Source of the DNA: Armatimonadota bacterium
Lineage (GTDB): Bacteria > Armatimonadota > UBA5829 > DTLH01
DNA length: 64,000 nucleotides
NCBI GenBank assembly: GCA_029551395.1
Contig: JAKPFN010000140.1
Coordinates: forward strand, 177 to 64,176
Direction: 5' to 3'
Below, in pieces: positions 29,085-38,888 of this stretch. Position numbers and translations under genes: made by a program. The notes under the pieces are model-generated. The model was not told where the DNA came from, did no database searches, and saw nothing but the letters and a program-made list of their open reading frames with translations. The stretch's first letter is position 1, and each line of letters begins with the position of its first letter.

Positions 29085-29250
29085 GACTCTACCCTCGGGC
29101 TAAATTAATACTCAATACTCTCGGGCTAAATTTGCAATTTAGCCCGGAAGAATAACTGGGATTTGCAATCCCGGTCATTGAAGCTTCAGATTCGGAATCA
29201 CACATCCCTCGACAGCTTGTCTGTGAGAAATTGCAGATTTCCCCAAGTTG
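29085..29250. repeat. Family B palindromic intergenic repeat copy
   Basis: It contains ctaccctcgggctaaatt (partial), ctctcgggctaaatttgcaatttagcccggaag and gggatttgcaatccc. It lies about 190 bp upstream of the RsbW-like gene. Confidence 0.6.
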
Positions 29251-29357
29251 ATATTGCTCCCTTACTTCCTCATCACTCGCATCTCATAACTTCCCTGCAC
29301 TAGCTTATGTTTTCTTAATGCTGTATACTAAGCCCGTTAGCAGTAGAACTATTTGTT

Positions 29358-30134
29358 GTGTATGCTCGTACCATGAATATTAATATTCCTACTGGGCTGC
29401 ATATCCTGGCCTGGCAAAAAGATAACGGTCTATTTATGGAAATGTCTGGAGAGGCTGGTATCCTGGATATTGGGAACATAACCGCCGCATTCGGACCTCC
29501 TGTGTGTCCTGCAAATGCCCCCATAATCATGGATATCAGTTCGCTGGATCTGTCGAAAAATCCAGATGTTGTAAGCGAAATTGTCCGCACTGTAAGGCAA
29601 GCGGCAGCACGAGTATCGATTTTCGGGCATGGAAAACATAATGAGGTACTGACAACCAATGCAGTATCTGCATCTATGCTGAAAAGCTGGGAAAAACCTG
29701 AAGAGAAACCTTTCTGGCAGACTCACTGTTACCAGCTTCCGGCAGAGAACTGGGTAAGCTGTTTTATTCGCGATTACGCAACTACCATGGCATTGAATGC
29801 AGGCTTCAGCAGGAAAATCTCCGACGATATTCGTATTGCAGTAGGTGAAGCAGTAACTAACGCAATTAGACATGGCTGCATTACACAGGAAACAGGCCAA
29901 ATCCGGTTCACCTGCGTAATCAGCAGGGATATGATTGAATTTAGAATCCATGACAACGGATACGGCTTCGATTTTGACACTACCATCCAGTCGAAACGTT
30001 GTTCAGGCAGTTGGGGAGGCTATGGTCTCGGCATTATATCTGATGTTATGGATGAAATTGAGTTCAAGTTTGAGTGTGGAACATTAGTAAAACTTGTAAA
30101 ATATCTAAAAACAGGAGATACAGACAATGCATGA
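29358..30134 (+). CDS. Fused STAS-like N-domain / RsbW-type anti-sigma-factor serine kinase (GHKL ATPase)
   Basis: The C-terminus has GEAVTNAIRHG...HDNGYGFD...GGYGLGIISDVMDEI. The N-terminal ~110 aa resemble an antagonist-like alpha/beta domain. Confidence 0.6.
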   Translation: MYARTMNINIPTGLHILAWQKDNGLFMEMSGEAGILDIGNITAAFGPPVCPANAPIIMDISSLDLSKNPDVVSEIVRTVRQAAARVSIFGHGKHNEVLTTNAVSASMLKSWEKPEEKPFWQTHCYQLPAENWVSCFIRDYATTMALNAGFSRKISDDIRIAVGEAVTNAIRHGCITQETGQIRFTCVISRDMIEFRIHDNGYGFDFDTTIQSKRCSGSWGGYGLGIISDVMDEIEFKFECGTLVKLVKYLKTGDTDNA

Positions 30135-31353
30135 TTCAAAACCAGCGATTGCACGTGCCCCGAAATATGATGAAGTACATCGTGCTGCGGAGGTTGCTCA
30201 GCTTGCATTTGAGACTGAGTCTATCCAGACATGGCTGTCCTCATTTAGCTGGATAGCTGACAATGAAGGACTTGATCATCTGGTAGTTACTGAGGCACAG
30301 GAAGAGATTGTTGCAGCGCTTGTCTGTACACCAGGTACCTGTTACATCACGAACGACCTCGTACCGTTCTCGGCTGTAGGTTCAGTGGCTACTCATCCTG
30401 ACCACAGGATGCACGGTTACGCGGGTATGATAATGACTAAGTCTGTCCAAGTTTTATATGAAAAAGCTTATCATACTTCTGCACTCTGGCCTTTCTCTTA
30501 CAATTACTACCGCAAGTTCGGATGGGAGCTTGGCGGAGAAATCCGATCCTATACAATGCCGTCTGAGTTCGCTGCCAGTCTCACAGATCCATCGGGAACA
30601 CGTCCGGCTACCAGAGATGACCTGCCTGCCATCAATGCGCTATTCGACCAAATGGCAAGAAATTACACCTGCTGCTGTGTCCGTAATGAACGCTGGTGGG
30701 GTTTTAAGATAGCCGTACATGACCTCAAACTCGATGGCACTGATGACCCAAGAACATCCCTGCCTGTTATGGTCCATGAAACAGACGGAAAAATTGACGG
30801 CTATGTAATGTTCAACATCAGCGGTGAAGGTGAAAATGAGTCGATAAAAGGCCGGGAGCTTATCGCAGAAAACCCGCAGGCACGCAGGTCAATTCTTGCA
30901 GCGCTTGCCGGATTTGGAGCACCTGCAGTAAAGTTTTTCGCCCCTATAAACGATGGTTTTCTTCAGGAACTACCAAACCCGAGAGCTGTCCGTGTAGATA
31001 TCGAGCCTGGATTCCAGTTCCGCGTCGTAAACCCTTCAGCAGCCCTCGAAATGCGCAGTGTGGACACATCTATATCCGGTAAACTTGGATTTACAATCAC
31101 CGACCCAGTGCTGGATACCTTCGATTTTGATACAGAAGTATCCGAAGGCAGAATAACTAAGGTAAACAGCAGAGCAAAAGAACGTCTGTATATGGATATA
31201 CAAACTTTTGCGCAGCTATACAGCGGTTATGTAAGACCGGTCAGAGCGTATGAACTCGGACGGATTCAACCTACATCAAAAGAAGCTATCGAATTCGCAG
31301 AAAAGGTCTTTCCGAAGGCCATACCATTCCGTCCGCTGGTTGAAGTCGGCTAG
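30127..31353 (+). CDS. GNAT N-acetyltransferase, Eis-like three-domain architecture
   Basis: The GNAT core reads ATHPDHRMHGYAGMIM...YNYYRKFGWE. It has a C-terminal SCP2-like tail. It overlaps the upstream gene by 8 nt. Confidence 0.6.
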   Translation: MHDSKPAIARAPKYDEVHRAAEVAQLAFETESIQTWLSSFSWIADNEGLDHLVVTEAQEEIVAALVCTPGTCYITNDLVPFSAVGSVATHPDHRMHGYAGMIMTKSVQVLYEKAYHTSALWPFSYNYYRKFGWELGGEIRSYTMPSEFAASLTDPSGTRPATRDDLPAINALFDQMARNYTCCCVRNERWWGFKIAVHDLKLDGTDDPRTSLPVMVHETDGKIDGYVMFNISGEGENESIKGRELIAENPQARRSILAALAGFGAPAVKFFAPINDGFLQELPNPRAVRVDIEPGFQFRVVNPSAALEMRSVDTSISGKLGFTITDPVLDTFDFDTEVSEGRITKVNSRAKERLYMDIQTFAQLYSGYVRPVRAYELGRIQPTSKEAIEFAEKVFPKAIPFRPLVEVG

Positions 31354-31503
31354 CAGGTAGTTTTACGAGGATATTCTACGGAAAAGAGATTAACTTTCCT
31401 TTTTTCATTCTTTTCTGGTTTTCCTCGTGAAAAAACACACTTGCTCGGTGTTACATACTGCTTTAGACTGCACCTTGGAAGGCATTATAGGAGGTCCTAC
31501 CAG

Positions 31504-32871
31504 TTGAAGACTCTAAGCATCTTTGTGCTTATTACAGTGGTTCTTTCGTCTGCCCTCGTCTGGGCGCAGGAAGTGCTTCCGGTTATCCCGGACATCACAG
31601 AAACTGAGATGGAATCAGAATGGATGGCACCGGAAATTACCGAACCTGAGCCACCGCCGCCACCACCAAGCGTGACACCTGACCTATTACTATTCAAGCG
31701 CACACCTACTATAGACGGACAGATAGAGTTGGGCGAGTGGGACACACATTTCAGATTTGAATATGTGGAAGCAAATGTCTCCACATACGTCAACTGGGAC
31801 AACGAAAACCTTTATATAGCCTGCAGGTCCAGCCAGCCTGTCGATTTGCTAGTCATCCTCGACTGCAATAATGATGGCTGGTTCCATGGCTCTGATAACT
31901 ACGAATTTACCGCCAGACAAGCACGTAACAACGGCAGCCCTACTCTTTCGGTAAGCAGGTACGAGTCTCAGAAATCGACCGGAACTGTTGCCGCACCGTT
32001 GACAGCCGCAGAGGCAGCAGCATTTTTAATGAAAGCCGGGTCAAATCCTGGCGCATATGTATATGAGATTGCCATCCCAAAATCCGCTGCTACAGGACTG
32101 GAACTCAAACAGGGCAGAAAGATTGGGTTAAAGCTCTCAGTTGGCTTTGGCGACCAGTATACCACCTGGATACCCGTTGCTATGCTTGGTGAAGTCCAGA
32201 CTGCTGAACTGGTTGCTGCTAAATCCAGCGCTTCAAGCCCGCTTGCAATCAGCACGAACATCAGAGACAGCCGCCTTGCTCCCGGAGAGGAACTTGTTGC
32301 CAAAGTGACGCTGAAAAACAACGGGGACACCATTCAGACGGTGGATACTCTGGTCATCGGCGGCGAAGGCAGGACATCCAAGCTGCTGGGAAGTCAACTG
32401 GTAAGGCCGGGAAGTATCGAGCCAGGTAAAAGCTTCTCTACGACATTCAAAACCTCTATACCAAAAACCGCGCTGCCGGGAAGTGAAGCACTGGGTATCG
32501 AGGTAAGGTCCGACGAGAATGTGATATCGACATCACTCGTTTCTTTCGATGTTCTTCCACCTTATGCTGTTACCCTGGAAATGGACAATGCACCTGCTAA
32601 ACCAGGCGAGTACTGCAAAGTTGCGGTTAAAATCAGGAACAACACACAAAAGCAGCTTCGAGGGAATGTCAAGTTGAACCTACCGGAAGGCTGGGACCTG
32701 CGCTGGTCAGACGGTACAAAACAGTTCTTAATCCCTCATGAAGATGGTGAGCAAAGGATTGTCTTCAGGGTCAAGGTGCCAGAAAAATGGAACGGTAAAG
32801 CTCCCATTCTTGCTGAAGTAGAGGCAAATAGCTGTATTGTGTCAGCCTCGGAGGTACTCGAGGTCAAGTAG
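31504..32871 (+). CDS. Secreted protein with CBM9-like domain and two CARDB/DUF11-like Ig domains
   Basis: It has a signal peptide, using a TTG start with SD sequence TAGGAGGT, and a PPPPPP linker. The segments LKNNGDT and IRNNTQKQ are characteristic of CARDB repeats. Confidence 0.5.
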   Translation: MKTLSIFVLITVVLSSALVWAQEVLPVIPDITETEMESEWMAPEITEPEPPPPPPSVTPDLLLFKRTPTIDGQIELGEWDTHFRFEYVEANVSTYVNWDNENLYIACRSSQPVDLLVILDCNNDGWFHGSDNYEFTARQARNNGSPTLSVSRYESQKSTGTVAAPLTAAEAAAFLMKAGSNPGAYVYEIAIPKSAATGLELKQGRKIGLKLSVGFGDQYTTWIPVAMLGEVQTAELVAAKSSASSPLAISTNIRDSRLAPGEELVAKVTLKNNGDTIQTVDTLVIGGEGRTSKLLGSQLVRPGSIEPGKSFSTTFKTSIPKTALPGSEALGIEVRSDENVISTSLVSFDVLPPYAVTLEMDNAPAKPGEYCKVAVKIRNNTQKQLRGNVKLNLPEGWDLRWSDGTKQFLIPHEDGEQRIVFRVKVPEKWNGKAPILAEVEANSCIVSASEVLEVK

Positions 32872-34921
32872 AATTCGAACGCTGCAGGACGATTAGCGCG
32901 ACATCGTCCTGCAGTTCATTCTGCGCGTGCTGGCTTGCATCTTCATAAATGGCATCAGCCAACTCCTGAGGCGTTCTTCCGATGTTATTTCGGACAGCAT
33001 CCACTAAACCTGCCAGTCCAAACATAATACCGCCTGTTCTGGCTTCCGTAATACCATCTGTATAAAACACCAGCACATCCCCAGGTTCCATCCAGACTTC
33101 ACTTTGACTATACTCAGACGCCCAAATCCCAAGAATCGGCCCTGTAGGTTCAAGCATATCTAGCTCTGGCCCTGACGATATTTTAATCGGAGGTTCGTGT
33201 CCGGCATTTGCGTATACCACGCGGCCGGTTTTCGTGTCTACAATAGCGCAGAAAAGCGTGATGAACACATTGTCCGGCATCTCGCCCCGGTTGACCCGTT
33301 CCTTAAACGTTTCACTGACAATCCGCAGTGCTTCGGCTGGTTCCATACCCTCTCGCATATACGCTTGAAATGAGTACTTCACAATAGCAGTGTGCACTGC
33401 AGCATCAAGACCTTTACCGGATACATCACCGATTGTAATAGCCAGTCTGCCGTCATTGAGGTCGAAGAAATCGTAGAAGTCTCCGCCAACCTGCGCTTCA
33501 TCCCATGCAGGCTGATACTTTCCGGCAATCCTGAATGAACCTTTATCCATGCTCACTGGAGGGAAGATAACCTTTTGAAGAGTCTCTGCAATCCTGTGTT
33601 CACGCTCATAGTGTTCAGCATTAGCAAGCGCAATAGCAGTGTGACGGGCAAATCCGGTCAACACCTGAGCATCTTCACTAGAAAACCTGCCTGGCGTCTT
33701 CGAACCTACGTAAATAGCGCCTACAGGCCGGCCATCTCTCACTATAGGAGCTGACATCAATCCCCTGATACCATTGTCTATCAGTTCTTTCCTTACAAAT
33801 GGCCTGGTAAAGACGTCATGGACCACTACAGGTTTCTGGTTAACAAATGCCTCTTCAATAATGGATTGATTTAACGGAACACTGAATGTTCCGGGATTGA
33901 TTCCATCAAAACTGCCGATTTCTATGCTTCCATCTGCCCTAATCTCGCCAATGGCAGCCACATCTGCATCAAACATCTGTCTGGCAAGAGAAGATACCTG
34001 CTCCAGTGTAGCCACTTTTCCCAAACCGGCTCCCAACGCTTCACCAATGCTGCTGAAAGACTGCTCCAGCTTGAGTTTTGCCTGAGACAGTTCCCGAAAT
34101 GGTCTGTATAAAGATGATACAAACAACGCCTGCAATACCAGATAATACGCTGCCATCTTATAAATGTGGCCCAGTAGATTATGCACATCGTAGGCATTCA
34201 AATACAATGTAAAGCAGATTTCTCCGGTTACAGCAAAAATTATTGCAGACTGCAGCAGTCGGATAGAACTCATTCCCAGCATGTAAGTGCGCCCAAGCGC
34301 AATAAATGCAGCAATATAGATAGCAATAATTATATACTCAAGAACAATCTTCAGTAATGTCAGACCTTGCCCTGTCGTGTACATCAGGCCAGAAATCAGC
34401 GGAGTCTGCCCTGTAAATATGACGATAACTGCAATAATCAGAGTGCCAAATGCCGGCATTAACACTCCAGGTCTAATCCACCTGCCCTTAGATGTCGGAG
34501 TAATAAACGCAGCAGCCAGTAAAGCAACTGCACTCAAGAGTCTCGCAACTAACCAATATGCCGCAGCTTTCCCAACTGTGTTCACACCAAGAAAGTCCGG
34601 CATTCCTCTATAGGACAGCGTGTGTATAAAATCAATTGTGCCAACAGCCAGAAAAGCAACTGCAATAAGCAAGTCTCTCCGGTTGTAAGTCTGCCTGTAA
34701 GCATACCAACCTACTACAAACACTGCATAGCTGACGACGATGCTTCCAAACTCCATGATGGTATGCAGAGGAACATACAACGCACCGGGGATTGTCGGCT
34801 TTGTAAAGCTCTCAAACAAGACGACAGCAGTCAAACCTACTACCGACAGTATTATTGCGGCAATTGGACTCAGCAATACATGGCCAGTCTGTTCATTATC
34901 ATCAAAACGAGCCAGACTCAT
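32864..34921 (-). CDS. Membrane-anchored GAF domain PP2C (SpoIIE/RsbU-type) serine phosphatase
   Basis: It has about 8 N-terminal TM helices and a GAF domain. The PP2C motifs GDFYDF, GDVSGKG and FYTDGITEAR are present. Confidence 0.8.
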   Translation of the reverse strand: MSLARFDDNEQTGHVLLSPIAAIILSVVGLTAVVLFESFTKPTIPGALYVPLHTIMEFGSIVVSYAVFVVGWYAYRQTYNRRDLLIAVAFLAVGTIDFIHTLSYRGMPDFLGVNTVGKAAAYWLVARLLSAVALLAAAFITPTSKGRWIRPGVLMPAFGTLIIAVIVIFTGQTPLISGLMYTTGQGLTLLKIVLEYIIIAIYIAAFIALGRTYMLGMSSIRLLQSAIIFAVTGEICFTLYLNAYDVHNLLGHIYKMAAYYLVLQALFVSSLYRPFRELSQAKLKLEQSFSSIGEALGAGLGKVATLEQVSSLARQMFDADVAAIGEIRADGSIEIGSFDGINPGTFSVPLNQSIIEEAFVNQKPVVVHDVFTRPFVRKELIDNGIRGLMSAPIVRDGRPVGAIYVGSKTPGRFSSEDAQVLTGFARHTAIALANAEHYEREHRIAETLQKVIFPPVSMDKGSFRIAGKYQPAWDEAQVGGDFYDFFDLNDGRLAITIGDVSGKGLDAAVHTAIVKYSFQAYMREGMEPAEALRIVSETFKERVNRGEMPDNVFITLFCAIVDTKTGRVVYANAGHEPPIKISSGPELDMLEPTGPILGIWASEYSQSEVWMEPGDVLVFYTDGITEARTGGIMFGLAGLVDAVRNNIGRTPQELADAIYEDASQHAQNELQDDVALIVLQRSNST

Positions 34922-35245
34922 TTACTATCTCCCAGGGAAGTATATCGGGCAACACTTTATCGTCATACGTTCATTATATATTCTTAACTCTTTAATAGCA
35001 AATTAATACCATAAAACCCGTACTTCGCTCAGGATACAAACAACAATTGATGTGATAACCTGCAAATATAGAGTTTAAGGTCTGAACTCATTCCTGAAGC
35101 TCTACAGGTATAAGACCATGGAGCACTGATTTTATGTGGAACCACTTCTTTAATGTAATCAAATACCTCTTGCTGGTCTTATGTGCTGCTATTGTAGGTA
35201 TACTGGCTATATTCGCTGCACAGTGGCAGTAGGAAACCGGTATTC

Positions 35246-36028
35246 TCAGCCCTCGGCTATGTTCTTCGTTACTTCCTGCCACATTTGCGGAAGAGCGCTT
35301 CCTGCAGGTTCAGATACCCAAAATCTGGCATAACGAGTCAGCGCACCTCTACCGGGATTAACATCAACTATTGCGGCTCCGTTTGCCAGAGCATATTCTG
35401 CAAATCCGTATCCACCGGAAACCTCTCCTGATGTCCCGATTATAAGCATCAAATCGCAATTGGCAGCGCTTCTGACTGCAGCCATCATAGGTTCCTGGGG
35501 AACATATTCGCCAAACCACACTATGTTCGGCCTGCATAATCCGCCGCATTTCGTGCATCTGGGAAGAGTATCCTGGGTGAACTCCTCAGGAAAGGAGAAC
35601 TCGCGAACATCGAAGATGGTTACGCAATCCAGGCACCGCATCTCAAGAGCATTCCCATGGATTTTGACCATCCTCCTGCTCCCTGCCCGCTCATGCAAGT
35701 CATCAACATTCTGAGTAGCAAGCAGGAAATCAGGATAAAACTGCTCCATCTGTGCCAAAGTCTTATGAGCAGGGTTCGGTTGAGCACTTAGAACTTGAGT
35801 CTGCCTTATCCGGTACATGTTCCAGACAACAACCGGATTCTCTCTAAACGCTTCAGGAGTGGCCATAGTCATTGGGTCGAATTTCTTCCACAGGCCATCA
35901 TCATCCCTGAATGTCGGCAGTCCGGACTCCTTGCTTACTCCTGCGCCGGTAAATACGAAGACTCGCCGGGCGTTCTTCATTACATTGATTAACTCTTTAT
36001 GAGTTGGTGATACATTCTCCATTGGCAT
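35246..36028 (-). CDS. cobB: NAD-dependent protein deacylase (Sir2 family)
   Basis: It contains GAGVSKESGLPTFR and Zn-binding CLDC...CTKCGG. Confidence 0.85.
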   Translation of the reverse strand: MPMENVSPTHKELINVMKNARRVFVFTGAGVSKESGLPTFRDDDGLWKKFDPMTMATPEAFRENPVVVWNMYRIRQTQVLSAQPNPAHKTLAQMEQFYPDFLLATQNVDDLHERAGSRRMVKIHGNALEMRCLDCVTIFDVREFSFPEEFTQDTLPRCTKCGGLCRPNIVWFGEYVPQEPMMAAVRSAANCDLMLIIGTSGEVSGGYGFAEYALANGAAIVDVNPGRGALTRYARFWVSEPAGSALPQMWQEVTKNIAEG

Positions 36029-36103
36029 CCTCCACCCTATTATAACCAGCAGGCATAATGATTCTCAACAACAACGGCTCATCATAACAGAATTGGGTAT
36101 CAT

Positions 36104-37099
36104 TTGATGGAGCAAAATATGGCTAGACGAGTTTTCAGTGGGATCCAGCCGACGGGGCTGGTGCATATCGGCAACTACCTTGGGGCTATAAAGCAGTGGG
36201 TAGACCTTCAGTATGACCACGAATGCTTCTTCTCGATAGTGGACTACCATGCAATAACAGTCCCCTATGACCCAAAACAGATGCCGAAGAACACCTTCGA
36301 TGCAGCAGTCGTCAACATGGCAGCAGGATTGGACCCGAACAAATCGACGATATTCATACAATCTCACGTTCCGCAGCACACAGAGCTTGCATGGCTTCTA
36401 AATACAATCACACCGATGGGCAGGCTCTCTCACATGACTCAGTTCAAAGAGAAATCCAGAATGTTCAGAGAAGGTATAAACGCAGGACTGTTCAACTATC
36501 CTATTTTACAGGCTGCGGACATACTGCTTTACAAAGCGACGCTCGTGCCGGTCGGCGAAGACCAGGTGCAGCACATCGAACTGACAAGAGACATTGCCCG
36601 CAAGTTCAATACAACATTCGGAGAAACCTTCCCTGAGGTAGAACCAAGGCTTTCAGAGGCTCCAAGGATAATGGCGCTTTCAGACCCGACCAAAAAGATG
36701 AGTAAGAGCATCCCAGGCAGCTACATAGCACTTACCGATTCTCCTGAGAAGATAAAAGAGCAGATAATGAAGTCAGTTACCGACTCAGGGCCGCAGAAAG
36801 ATGTCCCGATGGGAGCAGGCATAGCAAACCTGTTCATGTTGATGCAGGAATTCTCTCCGCCCGATGTCTACCAGCGTTTCCGATCCCAATACGACGAAGG
36901 CACCATCAAATATTCCGAACTCAAGAAGACTCTGGCTGAGGATATTGCAAACGCGCTGACACCCATCAGAGAAGCAGCTCAAAACCTGGCAAAAAGACCT
37001 GATTATGTGTATGACTCCCTGAGGGAAGGCGCGCACAAGGCCCAATCCATCGCAAAACGCACGATGGCTGAGGTCAAGTTGAGAATGGGACTCATCTAA
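36104..37099 (+). CDS. trpS: Tryptophan--tRNA ligase (paralog 1)
   Basis: It contains GIQPTGLVHIGNYLGA (HIGH-like) and KMSKS. Confidence 0.9.
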   Translation: MMEQNMARRVFSGIQPTGLVHIGNYLGAIKQWVDLQYDHECFFSIVDYHAITVPYDPKQMPKNTFDAAVVNMAAGLDPNKSTIFIQSHVPQHTELAWLLNTITPMGRLSHMTQFKEKSRMFREGINAGLFNYPILQAADILLYKATLVPVGEDQVQHIELTRDIARKFNTTFGETFPEVEPRLSEAPRIMALSDPTKKMSKSIPGSYIALTDSPEKIKEQIMKSVTDSGPQKDVPMGAGIANLFMLMQEFSPPDVYQRFRSQYDEGTIKYSELKKTLAEDIANALTPIREAAQNLAKRPDYVYDSLREGAHKAQSIAKRTMAEVKLRMGLI

Positions 37100-37142
37100 A
37101 GAGTCAGACAATCAAATCTGCATATAATGCGGCTTACTTGCC

Positions 37143-37400
37143 CTATATATGCGTGCTCTCGTGTTCTTCGTGATGTTTGTGATGTTCATCTCTCAGCTTT
37201 TCTTCGATGCGGAAGGCAATGCGGGTATCGGCATGCCACTCGACAATCTTTCCGCCTTCCACAACAGCGCTCAGGTTAGTAATATCGATGGATTCGATGT
37301 TCTTTATCGTCTTGGAAGCATCATCGAGTGCTGCCTGGACTGCCTGCTCCCAACCTTCTGATGACGCACCTACTAGCTCAATAACCTTGACTACGGGCAT
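37143..37400 (-). CDS. Dodecin-family flavin-binding protein with His-rich tail
   Basis: The segment MPVVKVIELVGASSEGWEQAVQAALDDASKTIKNI resembles dodecin. The start was set at 37400, which has the SD sequence AGGAGG. Confidence 0.55.
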   Translation of the reverse strand: MPVVKVIELVGASSEGWEQAVQAALDDASKTIKNIESIDITNLSAVVEGGKIVEWHADTRIAFRIEEKLRDEHHKHHEEHESTHI

Positions 37401-37467
37401 TTTAAAGCCTCCTGAAGTTTTTCTGGCTACGAGCATTTACCCCGCCATCAAAAGGCATAAAACCTCA

Positions 37468-38304
37468 TCAAGTCAAATGCTTGTACCACACGTTCATGCT
37501 CTCCATATGCCCGCAAATGTTGGTGTTATTTGTTAAAGTTCCGGCATACTGATAGCCCTGTTTAGCGAAGGTGATATTCATACCGTAAGATAGCGACCTG
37601 GCTATCGTATAAGCAGTCTTCATCCCTCGCAAGGCCATCTCCTGCTCCATCTTGCCAAGAAGCAGTGAAGCAAAGCCGCTGCCTCTGTAATCACGCATTG
37701 TAGCAAAATCCGTCATTTCAACGTTTTTACCTGCAGCATCCATCTCCGATGACGCAACTGAGATAATCTCTCCATCTTTTCGTATGCAGAAGTAGACTGA
37801 ACTCTCCTTCATCGTCTTGATTATGTAGTTGGGATCGTGAATAGGGAATGGGTACGATTCAAAAACCTGCTTATAAACGCTGCAGACATCCAAAACATCG
37901 TTCTCACCAACGACATCCATAGTACAATCAGTGTCCAGCGTTACATCACAGGACTGTTCTGCCTTTTCTTTGGCTGTTGCAAGAACATCGCTGACTGTAT
38001 CAGGATGCTGCTCTTCCCACCTTAGCGCATCCAGGTATTTTGCAATAAAGAAACCATCCTGAGCACCATCATAGAACCTCGGAACTACAGCTTCTATCAT
38101 ATATCCACTCTTTTGGAACTCAGCAAGCGCCCATTCAGGAACTTTGGCGAATATTTTCGAGTAGTTGTTCTTCTGTGCGAGCTGCTCAACGTGCGATATC
38201 ATCTCTGAAGCACAGCCTTCAGCCAGCTTAATCAAGTATACCCTGTCATTGTGTGCTCCGTGTTGGACCATACAATCGCTGATTTTCTCGATAGTGTCGA
38301 TCAT
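37468..38304 (-). CDS. ablB: Beta-lysine N6-acetyltransferase AblB/YodP-like (GNAT)
   Basis: It is a YodP-like GNAT, sits downstream of kamA and has the canonical ablAB organisation. Confidence 0.7.
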   Translation of the reverse strand: MIDTIEKISDCMVQHGAHNDRVYLIKLAEGCASEMISHVEQLAQKNNYSKIFAKVPEWALAEFQKSGYMIEAVVPRFYDGAQDGFFIAKYLDALRWEEQHPDTVSDVLATAKEKAEQSCDVTLDTDCTMDVVGENDVLDVCSVYKQVFESYPFPIHDPNYIIKTMKESSVYFCIRKDGEIISVASSEMDAAGKNVEMTDFATMRDYRGSGFASLLLGKMEQEMALRGMKTAYTIARSLSYGMNITFAKQGYQYAGTLTNNTNICGHMESMNVWYKHLT

Positions 38305-38888
38305 AATACTGCCTCCTCCGGCGCTTCCAGTTTCTCTCTGTCAGAAAACAGCAGTGAAAGTGATATAAACTCTGCCCCAGAGAGCAAAATACCGTAGAAA
38401 CTTGCGTCCAACCCATACAGCATCTCAAATCCCTTTATCAACGCAACAAGGGTAAACGTTCCACCGGCAAGCAACTGGCCGCTTGTAAAGCCTAAATAAC
38501 TGATCCCTGAAATCAACACAATAACCAGAGCAACCCTCTCGTTGAACTTGAACCTCAAGAAATCAGGATGTGCAAATATGCCATGTTTGGTATCAATCGC
38601 TTTGACTTTGGGAATGATAAACACCGCTTAAAGCCATGCCCCAACAAGCCCAGTAAAGAGCAGCCAGCTTCCTGAAAGCCCCATAGCAAATCCCAGGCCG
38701 CCAAGACCTATGGAAAATCCGCCGCCTACATCCGTTGCCACAATGGACAAACCAACATGGTGCGCGCTGACGGACCTGCTGCCTACGTAGTAATCCTCAG
38801 CGTTTTTATTCCTGCGGAAATGATAAAAGCCAATCCCTAAGACGCCGAGCATATATGCGCCAAAGATCGTATAGTCTAAAAAATGCAC
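38301..38888 (-). pseudogene. Remnants of a sodium:solute symporter (SSS family) gene, two short frames
   Basis: The fragment at 38628-38888 (DYYVGSRS...[18 protein letters not shown]) resembles the SSS N-terminus. The fragment at 38301-38624 is in a different frame. Together they make about 190 aa, against about 500 aa expected. Confidence 0.45.

Noticed and set aside
35131-35229. 32-aa hydrophobic peptide MWNHFFNVIKYLLLVLCAAIVGILAIFAAQWQ between the PP2C and sirtuin genes
   Set aside because: It has a weak SD and could arise by chance in AT-richer intergenic DNA. It is not verifiable without expression data.
36030-36103. T-box leaders upstream of either trpS
   Set aside because: The upstream regions are under 100 nt and lack specifier or T-box sequence (AATTAGGGTGGNACCGCG-like).
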